64,000 nt of DNA from contig CAVYBH010000002.1 in assembly GCA_963766715.1 (NCBI GenBank), positions 160,001 to 224,000 of the forward strand, in the 5' to 3' direction. Made by a program: the position numbers and the translations under genes. Position 1 is the stretch's first letter. Every line of letters begins with the position of its first letter. The notes beneath the pieces are model-generated. The model was given only the letters and a program-made list of their open reading frames with translations, was not told where the DNA came from and ran no database searches. Below are positions 10,201 to 22,039 of the stretch, in pieces. Source of the stretch: an uncultured delta proteobacterium (lineage in GTDB: Bacteria; Myxococcota; Myxococcia; Myxococcales; Anaeromyxobacteraceae).

Positions 10201-12947
10201 CTTCAGCACCGTGGGTAGCGGGCTCGCCCCGGTGCAGATCATCGTCTCCCGGCCGTACGGGAAGCCGATCGCGAACGGGTGCGAGATCCAGGAGCAGCCG
10301 GACAACCAGCTCGTGGTGAACGCGGGGGTCTTCAAGCCGGCCGAGGTCCAGGGCTCGCCGAATGCGCTCGCGACGTTCGCCATCGCCCCCGGCGAGTCCG
10401 TCCGGGTGACGCTCCGCACCTACCTCACGCCCGTCGAGGCCCGGAACCTCGCCACGCTGCTGGCGCCCAGGGTCGTGCCGCAGGGCAATCCGACGGCGCG
10501 ACGACCGGACTCATCGTCACCAGCCCCGGGAGCGACGAGACGGCCAAGGTCGGCAAGCCTAAGACCCTCGGCGCTGGTGGCCAGCGGTGGCACGGGAACC
10601 CGCACCTGGACCGTCGCCCCGGGCTCGAGCCTGCCGCCAGGCTTCGACGCGGCCGAGGTTGCAGGACCGCCACGCCCACGCTCGATGGAGTCCCGACGCA
10701 GGTCGTACCTTCAAGTTCACGCTGAAGGTGGTCGACACCGCGAATCCCCTCCCGAACCAGATGTTCAAGGACGTCTCGATGGTGGTCGAGAAGGGCTCCA
10801 CCACCGCGACGGTCGTGCCGCCTGGACCCACCGCGACCAGCCCCGTCTTCGGGCAGGCCGTGACCCTGACGGCCACCATCTCGCCGTCGCCCGGCGACCG
10901 GGGAGACGGTCACGTTCCTGGATGGCGCGACGAGCCTGGGAACGTCCACCCTCGCCGGCGGGACGGCGACGCTCGTCCTCCCGACGACCCTCTCGATCGG
11001 CGCGCACTCGTTCTCGGTCAGCTTCGCCGGGAACACGAGCTACACGGGAAGCATCTCCGCGGTCGTCCGTGGTCAGCGTGACTCCCGCCGACACGGAGGT
11101 GACGCTCACCTCGGGCGGCGCCACGACCTACGGCGGCGAGGCGACGTTCACCGCGGTGGTCAAGGCGAAGGCTCCCGGCAGCGGGACGCCTACCGGCCAG
11201 GTCGAGTTCCGCGAGGGCACGAAGGTCCTCCAGACCGTGACCCTGAACGCCGCCGGGGTGGCGGTCTTCAAGACCACGGCCCTCTCCGGCGGCTTGCACA
11301 CCGTCACGGCCGGCTACCTGGGCGACGGCAACTTCAAGTCCTCGGCGAGCACCGGCGTCGACCAGTCGGTCAGCAAGGTGTCGACGTCGCTCTCCGTGAC
11401 CCTCGATCCCGCCTCGCTCGTCTACGGCGTCCCCGTGCCCATCAAGGTGACGGCCGGGACGGTCTCCGGGGCGGCCACGCCGCCCACCGGTTCCGTCGAC
11501 TTCTTGGACGGGACGTCGTTCCTCGGATCGGATCCGTTCTCCGGTGGCTCTGCGATTCACGTGGCCACCGGCCTCGCGGCGGGCCTCCATGACCTGGGCG
11601 CATCGTACGTGGGCGACGCCAACTACTCCGCGCTCGCGCGGGTGAGCGCCCCGGTGAACATCGCCAAGGCCGGCGTGACCGTGAACGTCACGAGCCGGAA
11701 GAGCCCGTCGACCTTCGGCGAGACGCGTGACCTACCAGGCGCAGGTGACCTCCGGGACGCTCCTGCCCGTCGGCACGGTGACCTTCTATCGCGACGTCAG
11801 CACCTCCCTCGGCACCGCGACGATCGACGGGACCGGCTTCGCGACCCTCTCCAGCGCCGATGTTCCCGGGGGGACCCACCCGATCAGCGCCTACTTCGAG
11901 GGGTCGGCCAACTTCGCGGCCGCTCCCAGCCAGATCAGCTGGAACCAGGTGGTCAACACGATCCCGAGCGGAGCGGTCCTGGGCACGAGCCCGAATCCGT
12001 CCGGCCCGGGCGAGCCCGTCGTGCTGTCCTGCACGGTGACCTCGGCAGCCGGATCGCCCACCGGTACGGTCAGCTTCAAGGACGGCGCCACCGTCATCGG
12101 TCAGGCCACGACGCCGGCCTCCTCCGGCCCGGGGGTCGCGGTCTGGAGCCTGGCGGCGACCACGCTCGCGGGTGGCGTCCACTCGCTCACCTGCGAGTAC
12201 TCGGGCAACGGCAGCATCGACCCCAGCAAGTCGGCGGCCGTGACCCAGCTGGTCGGGCCGATCGCCACGCAGACTACGCTCACCGCCTCCGCCACGTCGA
12301 CCACGGTCGGACAGTCGGTGACGCTGAGGGCCGTGGTGGTCTCCGTGCCCTCCACCGGCGGGACGCCCACGGGCACCGTGACCTTCCTCGACGCGACGGC
12401 GACCGGAACGGCGATCCTCGGAAGCGCTCCCCTCTCTGCCGGAGCGGCCACGCTGCCGATCTCCTCGCTCCCGGCGGGAACCCACTCCATCACGGCGCGC
12501 TACGACGGGACCACGCTCTACGCCCCCAGCACGTCGAGCCCGGCGATCAGCCTGACGGTCGCCTTCAAGTTCACCGGCTACCTGTCGCCTCTCAAGACGG
12601 CGGGGACGCTCGACGCCCCGACCTACTCGGGGGCCCAGAACTTCGGCAGCGCCGTCCCGGTCAAGTGGACGCTGCAGGACGCCAGCGGAGCGTACCTCGG
12701 CGACCTGGCCACGACCACGTCCCTGGTGGCCTATCCCTACACCAGCAAGCTCTGTGGACCGGCGGCGGTGGTCAGCGGTCCGGTCGTCCTCTACAAGCCC
12801 ACCCAGGGCGCGACCGGCGGGAGCACCTTCCGGTTCGGGAGCAACACCTTCATCTTCAACTGGGACACGTCCAAGGGCGCGGCGAAGGGTTGCTTCAACG
12901 TCGTCTTGACGCTGAGTGACGGCACCGTGAAGGTCGCGACCATCTAA
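7262..12947 (+). CDS. Giant secreted/surface protein (~1,900 aa): BNR/sialidase-like N-terminus, ANLSN pentapeptide repeats, multiple bacterial Ig-like (group 3) domains, PxKF-type C-terminal domain; many frameshifts
   Basis: RBS GGAGAG then ATG 7262 and a signal-like N-terminus; QNEPSIAVS, SYDGGQTW and SLDCGDTW (Asp-box); repeated TPTGTVTF.DG...G.HS.TA.Y.G units; C-terminal FTGYLSPL...GSAVPVKWTLQD...FIFNWDT; stitched from ORFs 7130, 8334, 8908, 10157, 10587 and 11727. Confidence 0.8.
9845..10129 (+). repeat. 15-bp tandem repeat encoding A(N/H)LSN pentapeptides: 8 units + 10-aa linker + 9 units
   Basis: GCGAACCTGTCGAAC / GCCAACCTCTCCAAC units read directly; in frame with ORF 10157.. Confidence 0.95.
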
Positions 12948-13057
12948 GCTGCAGTAGCGGGCCGAAGCCGAAGCAAATAATCGCCTGCAAGGCGTGAACG
13001 GCGCGGCCCCCGCCGTTAGGTGACTCCCCGGCTCGTATCGGGGGGAACCGGGGGGCG

Positions 13058-15310
13058 ATGGCCAGGGACGATCAGGCTCGCGCGGAGCGCGAGGAGGCAC
13101 CGAAGGAGACGGTCCAACTCGTCCGCGAGGGCGAGGGCTCGTCCGCGCCGCCTCCTGCGCCGGCTGCCCCTGCGAAGCGGCTGTCGCTCGTCCACGAGAT
13201 CCGGCGCCGGCACCTGTTCCGGACCTCGACCGCCTACGTCGTCGGGTCTTTCGCCGCGCTGCAGGGCATCGACATCTTCCGGCAGGCCTTCGAGCTTCCG
13301 CACGTCATCCTCACCACCGCGGCCGTCGTGGCGGGCGTCGGCTTCCCCTTCAACGTCTTCCTGGCCTGGCAGGCCTACGACAACGACGGCGACGTCTGGT
13401 CCACCTTCGCCCGGAAGCTGCCCCGGCCCACCTGGATCCTGGTGGGCGTCCTCATCCTCGTCGCCGGCGGGGTGGTCTCCTGGAAGGTCTGGGGGATGAA
13501 GCATCCCCCGCCCAGGGCGCAGACGGTGCTGGTCGCGGACCTCGAGAACACGACGGGGGAGGGGGTCTTCGACGGCACGCTCGAGCCGGCCCTGGGACTC
13601 GCCATGGAGGGCGCGAGCTTCATCACCACCTACCGGCGAGAGGCGGCCCGGAAGATCGCGAACGACCTGAAGCTGGAGGGAACGAACCTCGACGAGAAGC
13701 GGGCCCGCCTGGTCGCGCAGCGGGAGGGCGTGGGGGTCGTCACCGCCGGCTCGATCCAGAAGAGCGACGGGGGCTACCGGGTCTCGATCCGGGCGCTCGA
13801 CGCCTTCACCGGGAAGGAACTGGTCGCCGCCACCGAGGAGGTGAAGAGCAAGGACGCCGCGCTCTCCGCGGCCACCAAGCTCGCCGCCAAGGTCCGCGCC
13901 GCCCTGGGCGACGCCACGCCCGAGGCCGACCAGATGAAGGAGGCCGAGACCTTCAGCTCCACCTCGCTGGACGCCGCGCACGAGTACGCCGAGGGGATGC
14001 GCGTCGTCGAGGAGGGCAAGAACGACGACGCCCTGCGCCACTTCCAGGAGGCCGTGAGGCTGGATCCGGGAATGGGGCGGGCCTGGTCGGGTCTCGCGGT
14101 GGTCGAGCAGAACCGCGGCCGCCGCGCCGAGGCCGATCGCTACTTCCAGAAGGCCATGGCCCACCTCGACCGGATGAGCGAGCGCGAGAAGCTTCGCAGC
14201 CGGAGCGTCTACTACCTGTTCCAGTCCGACGTGGACAAGGCCATCGAGGTCCTGACCCCGCTCGTCCAGAAGTTCCCGGCCGACAACGCCGGCCACGCCA
14301 ACCTCGGCGTCGCCTACCAGCTGAAGCGCGACTTCCCGAAGGCGCTCGCCTCGGGACGAAAGGCCATCGAGATCTACCCGAGGAAGGTCGCGCAGCGGAA
14401 CAACGTCGGGCTCTTCGCGATGTACGCCGGCGACTTCGACGTCGCCATCCAGGAGCAGAAGAAGGTCCTCGAGATCAACCCCCGCTTCCAGAAGGGGTAC
14501 GTCGGGCTGGCGCTCGCACAGTACGCCTCGGGCAAGCGGGACGACGCCGTCGCCACCTGGGATCGCCTGGCCGCCCTCGACGCCGACGGGGCGTCCGATG
14601 CGGTCGAGGGGCTCGCCGACGTGGCCATCTACGAGTCGCGCACGGCCGACGCGCGCGCGCTCCTCGAGAAGGGCATCGAGGTCGACGCCCGGGAGAAGCG
14701 GGACGAGGAGCTGGCCCGCAAGCTGCTCATGCTCGGTTCCCTGCTCAACTCCTCGGGTCAGGGCGCGAAGGCCGTGGCGCTCGCCGACCGGGCGCGCAAG
14801 CTGACCGACACCGACCACGTGCAGTTCCAGGCCGGCATGGTCTACCTGGGCGCCGGGGACGAGAAGAAGGCCAAGGCCGTCGCCGAAGATCTGGAGAGGC
14901 GCATGGGCGCCGACCCGCGCATGTACGCGCTCCTGCTGCAGGGAGGGCTCGCCACCCGGAAGAAGAGCCACGCCGAGGCGGTCGCGAAGTTCAAGGCCGC
15001 CACCCAGCTGGTGGACGCCTGGCCGGCGCGCTACGGGCTGGGCCGAGCCTACTTCGAGGCCGGATCCTACTCGCATGCGCTGGAGGAATTCGAGAAGGTG
15101 GTGGCGCGGAAGGGGGAGGCCACCGACATCTTCCTCGACTTCGTGCCCACCTACCGCGTCCACGCGCTCGCGCAGTACCACCTGGCGCGGACCCAGGAGG
15201 CCCTGAAGAGCCCGGTGGCCGTGGAGAGCTTCAAGGCCTTCCTGGCGCCCAAGCGCGGGAGCGACGACCCGCTCGTCGCCGACGCGAAGAAGCGCGCCGG
15301 CGTGCCCTAG
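13058..15310 (+). CDS. Membrane-anchored TolB-like/TPR-repeat protein
   Basis: N-terminal EIRRRHLFR...GFP...LAW TM segment, VLVADLENTTGEGVFDGTL domain, then many TPR helices; no kinase domain. Confidence 0.82.
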   Translation: MARDDQARAEREEAPKETVQLVREGEGSSAPPPAPAAPAKRLSLVHEIRRRHLFRTSTAYVVGSFAALQGIDIFRQAFELPHVILTTAAVVAGVGFPFNVFLAWQAYDNDGDVWSTFARKLPRPTWILVGVLILVAGGVVSWKVWGMKHPPPRAQTVLVADLENTTGEGVFDGTLEPALGLAMEGASFITTYRREAARKIANDLKLEGTNLDEKRARLVAQREGVGVVTAGSIQKSDGGYRVSIRALDAFTGKELVAATEEVKSKDAALSAATKLAAKVRAALGDATPEADQMKEAETFSSTSLDAAHEYAEGMRVVEEGKNDDALRHFQEAVRLDPGMGRAWSGLAVVEQNRGRRAEADRYFQKAMAHLDRMSEREKLRSRSVYYLFQSDVDKAIEVLTPLVQKFPADNAGHANLGVAYQLKRDFPKALASGRKAIEIYPRKVAQRNNVGLFAMYAGDFDVAIQEQKKVLEINPRFQKGYVGLALAQYASGKRDDAVATWDRLAALDADGASDAVEGLADVAIYESRTADARALLEKGIEVDAREKRDEELARKLLMLGSLLNSSGQGAKAVALADRARKLTDTDHVQFQAGMVYLGAGDEKKAKAVAEDLERRMGADPRMYALLLQGGLATRKKSHAEAVAKFKAATQLVDAWPARYGLGRAYFEAGSYSHALEEFEKVVARKGEATDIFLDFVPTYRVHALAQYHLARTQEALKSPVAVESFKAFLAPKRGSDDPLVADAKKRAGVP

Positions 15311-15334
15311 CCGGGGCGGCTGCTGGCCGACCGC

Positions 15335-16496
15335 CTACTGCGGGGCGGACGCCGACTGCCCTGCGGCGTCATGGGCATCGAGCGCGGCATCCATGTCGTC
15401 GACGATGGCCTGCACGCTCTTCAGCTGGCCCACCGAGGTCTCCGGCAGGCGAACCAGGCTCTGGCCGGTGTAGTAGAGGCCGAGCACCTCGTCGCCCATG
15501 GCCACCGCGCGGAGCAGCGCGTCGGTGATGCAGAAGCTCTCCTGGAAGTTGCTCGCCCGGCACTTGCACAGCCCCTCGGCCAGGCACTCGATGCAGGCCT
15601 TCTTGCGCCCCATGAAGCCGGACGGGCCGAAGTACCAGGCCTTGGAGCGGGGCGGGAAGGACTTCCCGGCAGCCAGCCCCTCGGTGAACTCGTTGCGCAC
15701 CGCGCGCGCCTTCATGCCCTTCACGCAGCTGGTGATGATGGCGACGTCCTCCTCCTTCTTGCCGAGGTGGACCTGCTTGAAGGTCTGGTGGGCGTCGCCG
15801 TCGCTCGAGGCGATGAACCGGGTGGCCAGCTGCACGCCGGCCGCGCCCTGCGCGAAGTAGCGCCCCACGTCGGAGGCGTCCACGCCGCCGGCGGCGACCA
15901 CCGGGAGGGAGGTGGCCGCGCAGACCTCCTCGACCAGCGAGGGAAGGGGATGGCCGATGTCGCCGATGTGGCCGCCCGCCTCGGCGCCCTCGGCGACGAC
16001 CCACTCCGCGCCCCACTTCTCGTACATGGCGGCCAGCCGGCCGGAGGAGACGATCCCGGCGAACGGCGTGCCGGCCTCGCGGCACCAGCGCACGATGTCG
16101 CGCGAGATGCCGGCGCCCTGGACGATGAAGGAGACCCCCTCGTCGAGCGCGGTCCGGGCCGAGAGCTCGAAGTCGGACTTGTTGATGGCCGCCATCAGGT
16201 TGATGCCGACGAAGCCACCCGGCGCGACCGCCTTGGCGCGCTGGATCTCGGCGCGCAGGTGCTCGGGCGTCTTGATCACCGCCGAGAATCGTGCCCACGC
16301 CCACGAAGCGGCGCGACCGGACGGCCGCGACCTTTCCCGCCAGCCCGTCGGAGGCGTGGATGCCCATTCCGCCTTGCACCAGCAGCCGCTTGCCCGTGCC
16401 CAGGATCGCCCGGATGGTGGTGCGATCGAGCTTGGGCGCAGCCACCTTGGCGGTGGCGGGCTGGCTGACTTCGAGGTGCTCGGCAAGGGTCGGCAT
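15335..16496 (-). CDS. Nitronate monooxygenase / FabK-like flavin oxidoreductase with C-terminal Cys cluster; frameshift ~16290
   Basis: LVQGGMG, GINLM, EGAEAGGH, VVAAGG, GAAGVQLATRF, CIECLAEGLCKC...FCITDAL. Confidence 0.88.
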
Positions 16497-16648
16497 GTAC
16501 GCTCCAGGCGTGAGGCGCGGCGGAAGGGCTGAACCCTACCCGGGGCGTGTCATGTGAATGTCACGGAGAGCGACTCGGTTTCGCGCGGATGGCGCGGTGC
16601 GGCATGAACCGAGTGTTTACAGGGAGTAGCGGTCGATGAAGCGGTGCG

Positions 16649-18629
16649 TCACGGGCAGGAGAGCGTCGCCGGGGTGCAGACGTCGTGACGCTCCCGTGAT
16701 GCCGGACCCACCGTAGTCGACGGTCAGGCCGGCGGGCTGCTGGGACCAGTGGTTCGCGTCGATCAGGACGGCCGCCCCGTTGGAGTAGATCCCCACGGCC
16801 CCGGGGTCGTAACAGCCGAACGAGTTGTTGGACGGCGACCTCGCACCCACTCCCGCCTCGGAGGTCGAGACTGCCCGCACTCGCGGCGACCAGGACCTGA
16901 TCCCCCTTGTTGGAGAAGATGGAGTTGCCTTCGAGGGTGACCAGGGTCGGCATCGGAAAGGTGAAGACGAGCCCGCCGCCCCGACGGGTCGTTGAACCCA
17001 GGGTGTAGAGCTGGGTCGCGTCGTTCCCGGCGATCTCGTTCCCCCTGATCGTCACGGATGAGCTGGACGCGACCCCCGTCGCGAGGAGCCTGAAGGCCGA
17101 GTCGGTCGCGCCCCTCATCCGGGCCAGGCCGCGGCTGTTCTGGACCACGATCTCCAGGATCGCCCCGCCGACCGGTTGCGCGTGCACGTGCGTCCCGTTG
17201 TCCGCGTAGGGACAGGCGTCGCTGACCAGCGTTCCCCGCGCCACGTACACGGCGTCCCCGGCGTTCGAGGCGAAGGTGGTCCCGGTCGCGGAGAAGCTGG
17301 GCGCCGCCGCGCCCTGCGGCGCCGATGGAGACGCCCGTGCCGTTCCCCGTCACCGACCCGCCGGAGAGCGTGGTGGCCGCATCGGCCTCGGCCAGGATGC
17401 CCGTGGTCGCGCCCGAGACGGTCCCGCCGCTCATCGACACCGGGCAGTGGCCCGCGGCGTGGAGCCCGCTCGCGAAGCGCACCACCGGAGGTCCGGCCGC
17501 GCTCGCCGGAGATGACGATGCCGGAGAGCGACACCGGAGCCGTATCCGCCGGATTCGGGCAGCTCGTCTCGACCCCGGGGCCCGGTGGAGGCCGTGTTCC
17601 GGATCTCGAATCCGGTGACCGCCGACCCGGGAGCGAGGGTCACGAAGGCGCCGGTGAGCGCGGCGCCGGTCGTCACGGCGTAGTGGCCCGGATTCGGGGT
17701 CGCGTCGTCGGTGGTGAGCGTCACGCCCGGGCCGATGGTGATCGCTCCCGCCTCCGAGAAGACCACGACGCCTCCCGGGACCGCGGACGACCAGCCCGCG
17801 GCCCGGACGGTCGACCCGGGCCCGCGCGCGCCCGCGGCCGCCAGCGCGGGGCCGAGCAATCGGTAGCGGCAGGCGACGGGGGAGTCGAGCCCGGTGGGGC
17901 CAGGGGCGGTTCCGGCAGGCGACCCGCCCAGTGCGTCGGCGACGAAGGTCGGGCCGGGATTGGCAGGACAGGCGCAGGCGCCGCCGCTGCAGACGAGGCC
18001 GCCGGCGGCGCAGTCGGTACCGGGTTGCCAGGTGAGGCAGGACGACCCGGTCGCGACCGGCCTGCAGACCTCGACCTGGCCTCCACTGCGTGGCGCACCG
18101 GGCGGCGTCCAGGGTCGCGCAGGCATTCGCCACCGGGCAGGCACACGCCGTGCCTCCCGCCGCCTCCACGCACGAGGTCCCCGGGTCGCCGCACGGGGCC
18201 GAGCCGGCCTCGTACCAGCAGGCCTTGCCCGAGACCTCCTGGGCGCAGGTGACGACCTGGCCCGTCCCGCTGCAGAAGCTGGAGGTGGCCGCGCCGCAGC
18301 GGGTGGTGGCGCACTCGCAGGAGGCGGAGGCTCCGGCGGTCTGACACGCCTGGTGAGCGGGGCAGTCCTCGGCGACGGGCCCGGTCGAGCAGACGCCGCT
18401 CCCCGCCGTGCAGGTGACGAGCCGGCCCGCCGAGCACGAGGTGCCGGGGCGTGCATTCGCCCTCGGTCGTGTGTCCCGGGCAGGCGAGCGCTGCGGCCCC
18501 GCAGATCCCGTTGCTGCCGCAACCCTGGTCCGACGGGCACTCCAGGTCGGAGGCGCAGGGGGCCCCGGTGGTGGTCACGGTGCAGGCCGCGAGCAGGGCG
18601 AGGAGAGCGGTCGAGGCCAGACGGCGCAT
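16649..18629 (-). CDS. Cys-rich lipoprotein with C-terminal right-handed beta-helix-like region; multiple frameshifts
   Basis: Lipobox MRRLASTALLALLAAC; myxobacterial Cys repeats (CASDLECPSDQGC, CSGGACACP); GNGTGV/GNSIFSN repeats; ends CTPATLSCP-stop. Confidence 0.65.
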
Positions 18630-18738
18630 CGGGGCCGCAGCGTACCAGAATCGGAGGGACGGACGCGCCGGCCTGCCGCCGTTTCCGGGCCGCGCGACGC
18701 GTCGACAGCGGGGCCGGGACGTGGTTTCCTCCCGCGCC

Positions 18739-20805
<2,067 letters not shown>

Positions 20806-20829
20806 GCTGACGTCCTCCCGGAAATGACG

Positions 20830-20853
20830 AGGCCCCGCCTCTCGGCGGGGCCT
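20830..20853. terminator. Hairpin between convergent genes (possible bidirectional terminator)
   Basis: AGGCCCCGCC-TCTC-GGCGGGGCCT, perfect 10-bp stem; no clear U-tract. Confidence 0.6.
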
Positions 20854-20881
20854 GGCTGCCTGCGGACGCCGGGAAGGAGGC

Positions 20882-21073
20882 TTAGGCCTTCACGATGCAG
20901 TCGGTCGGGCAGACGGCCATGCAGGCCGGCTCGCCGCCGTTGCTGGCGCACTCGTCGCACTTGGCGGCGTCGATCATGTAGGCGTCGTCGCCGGAGGAGA
21001 TGGCGCCGCTGGGGCACTCGGCCTCGCAGGCGCCACAGCTGGTGCAGTCATCGGTCACGATCGTATTGGCCAT
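20882..21073 (-). CDS. 2[4Fe-4S] ferredoxin (YfhL/Alvin-like)
   Basis: MANTIVTDDCTSCGACEAECP...CDEC-x8-CMAVCPTDC; AGGAG RBS. Confidence 0.95.
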   Translation of the reverse strand: MANTIVTDDCTSCGACEAECPSGAISSGDDAYMIDAAKCDECASNGGEPACMAVCPTDCIVKA

Positions 21074-21128
21074 CGAAATTCTCCTGACTTGGGGTAGGGA
21101 AGGGACGAGAAGCGTTGCCCGCGCAGCT

Positions 21129-21144
21129 TGCACGTCTCGCGCCA
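21129..21144 (-). promoter_or_regulatory. Putative sigma54 (-24/-12) promoter of the ferredoxin
   Basis: Minus strand TGGCGCG-AGAC-GTGCA (GG-N10-GC), ~55 nt upstream of the ATG. Confidence 0.6.
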
Positions 21145-21357
21145 CGCCCTGCGAAAAAGGAATTGTCCTGTTCCCGCGAAGTTGGCGATCGGAGGGGGTT
21201 CCCGGGCTTGCGGGATCGAGCAGGAAATCCGCAAAGAATGCGTGGAAAAACAGGAGGTTTCCGGTCCTGATTCGATGCGTCGAGGGCCGCGCCGTCCGAA
21301 CGGCTCGCGAGTCCTGTCCCTCCAAGGCGAAGGGGGCTCTCGCCCCGGGGAGACGAA

Positions 21358-21973
21358 ATGTTCGGACGGACCAACGTCGAGAAGGTCGAAGCCGCCCTCC
21401 TGCTGGGCCCTGCCGGAAACGACAGGCTCGCGGGCGAGGGGGACGCCTCCTGCGACCCGTTCTACCGGGCATGGCTCCGGGCGCAGCGCCGCGATCTCGC
21501 CCGCTCCATCCTCTCGTCCGGAGCCCGTGCGATCCTCCGGCATGGGCGCCGCGCGCGGCTGGATCGCGTCGGGGGAGTGGGGGGAGACGGTCTGCGCCGA
21601 CCTCGACCTGCTCGCCTTCGACCACCAGATGTTCGAGATGCTGTCCCGGCGGGCGGCCGAGGCCGTGGCGGAATCCCGGGCCTTCTCCGAGGCCGCGGCC
21701 GCGCTGCGGCTCCTCGACGACTGCTGCCGGGTCCACCACGGCTTCGAGGAGATGCTGATGGAACTGCACGGCCACGCCGACCTCGCCTCGCACCGGGAGG
21801 CGCACCGGTCGATCCAGGCCCAGCTCAATCAGCTCCGCGCCGTCCACGCCCGGGGAGACCTGGCGTCCGCCCGCCAGGTCATCGCGGCCCTTCGCCACTG
21901 GACCGACGAGCACGCGGCCGGACCGGACCGGACGTTCGAGACGCTCCTGCTCGAGGCCCGCTCCTGGAAGTGA
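21358..21973 (+). CDS. Hemerythrin-like protein with N-terminal extension; frameshift ~21540
   Basis: DHQ...HHGFEE...HREAH...EHAAGPD iron-ligand pattern; GGAG RBS before ATG 21358 and coding-like codon bias. Confidence 0.7.
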
Positions 21974-22039
21974 CGCTGGCGCCCCGGGTCGCCTCCCGGC
22001 TAGGTCTCCCCCGCGAGCGGGAGGGACAGGGGGAGCCAG

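Noticed and set aside
9793..10218. ORFs with REPVE/FERFA-type repeats, and the 15-bp array as a possible CRISPR or DGR template
   Set aside because: These are alternate-frame and antisense shadows of the ANLSN coding repeat. There are no unique spacers, cas genes or reverse transcriptase.
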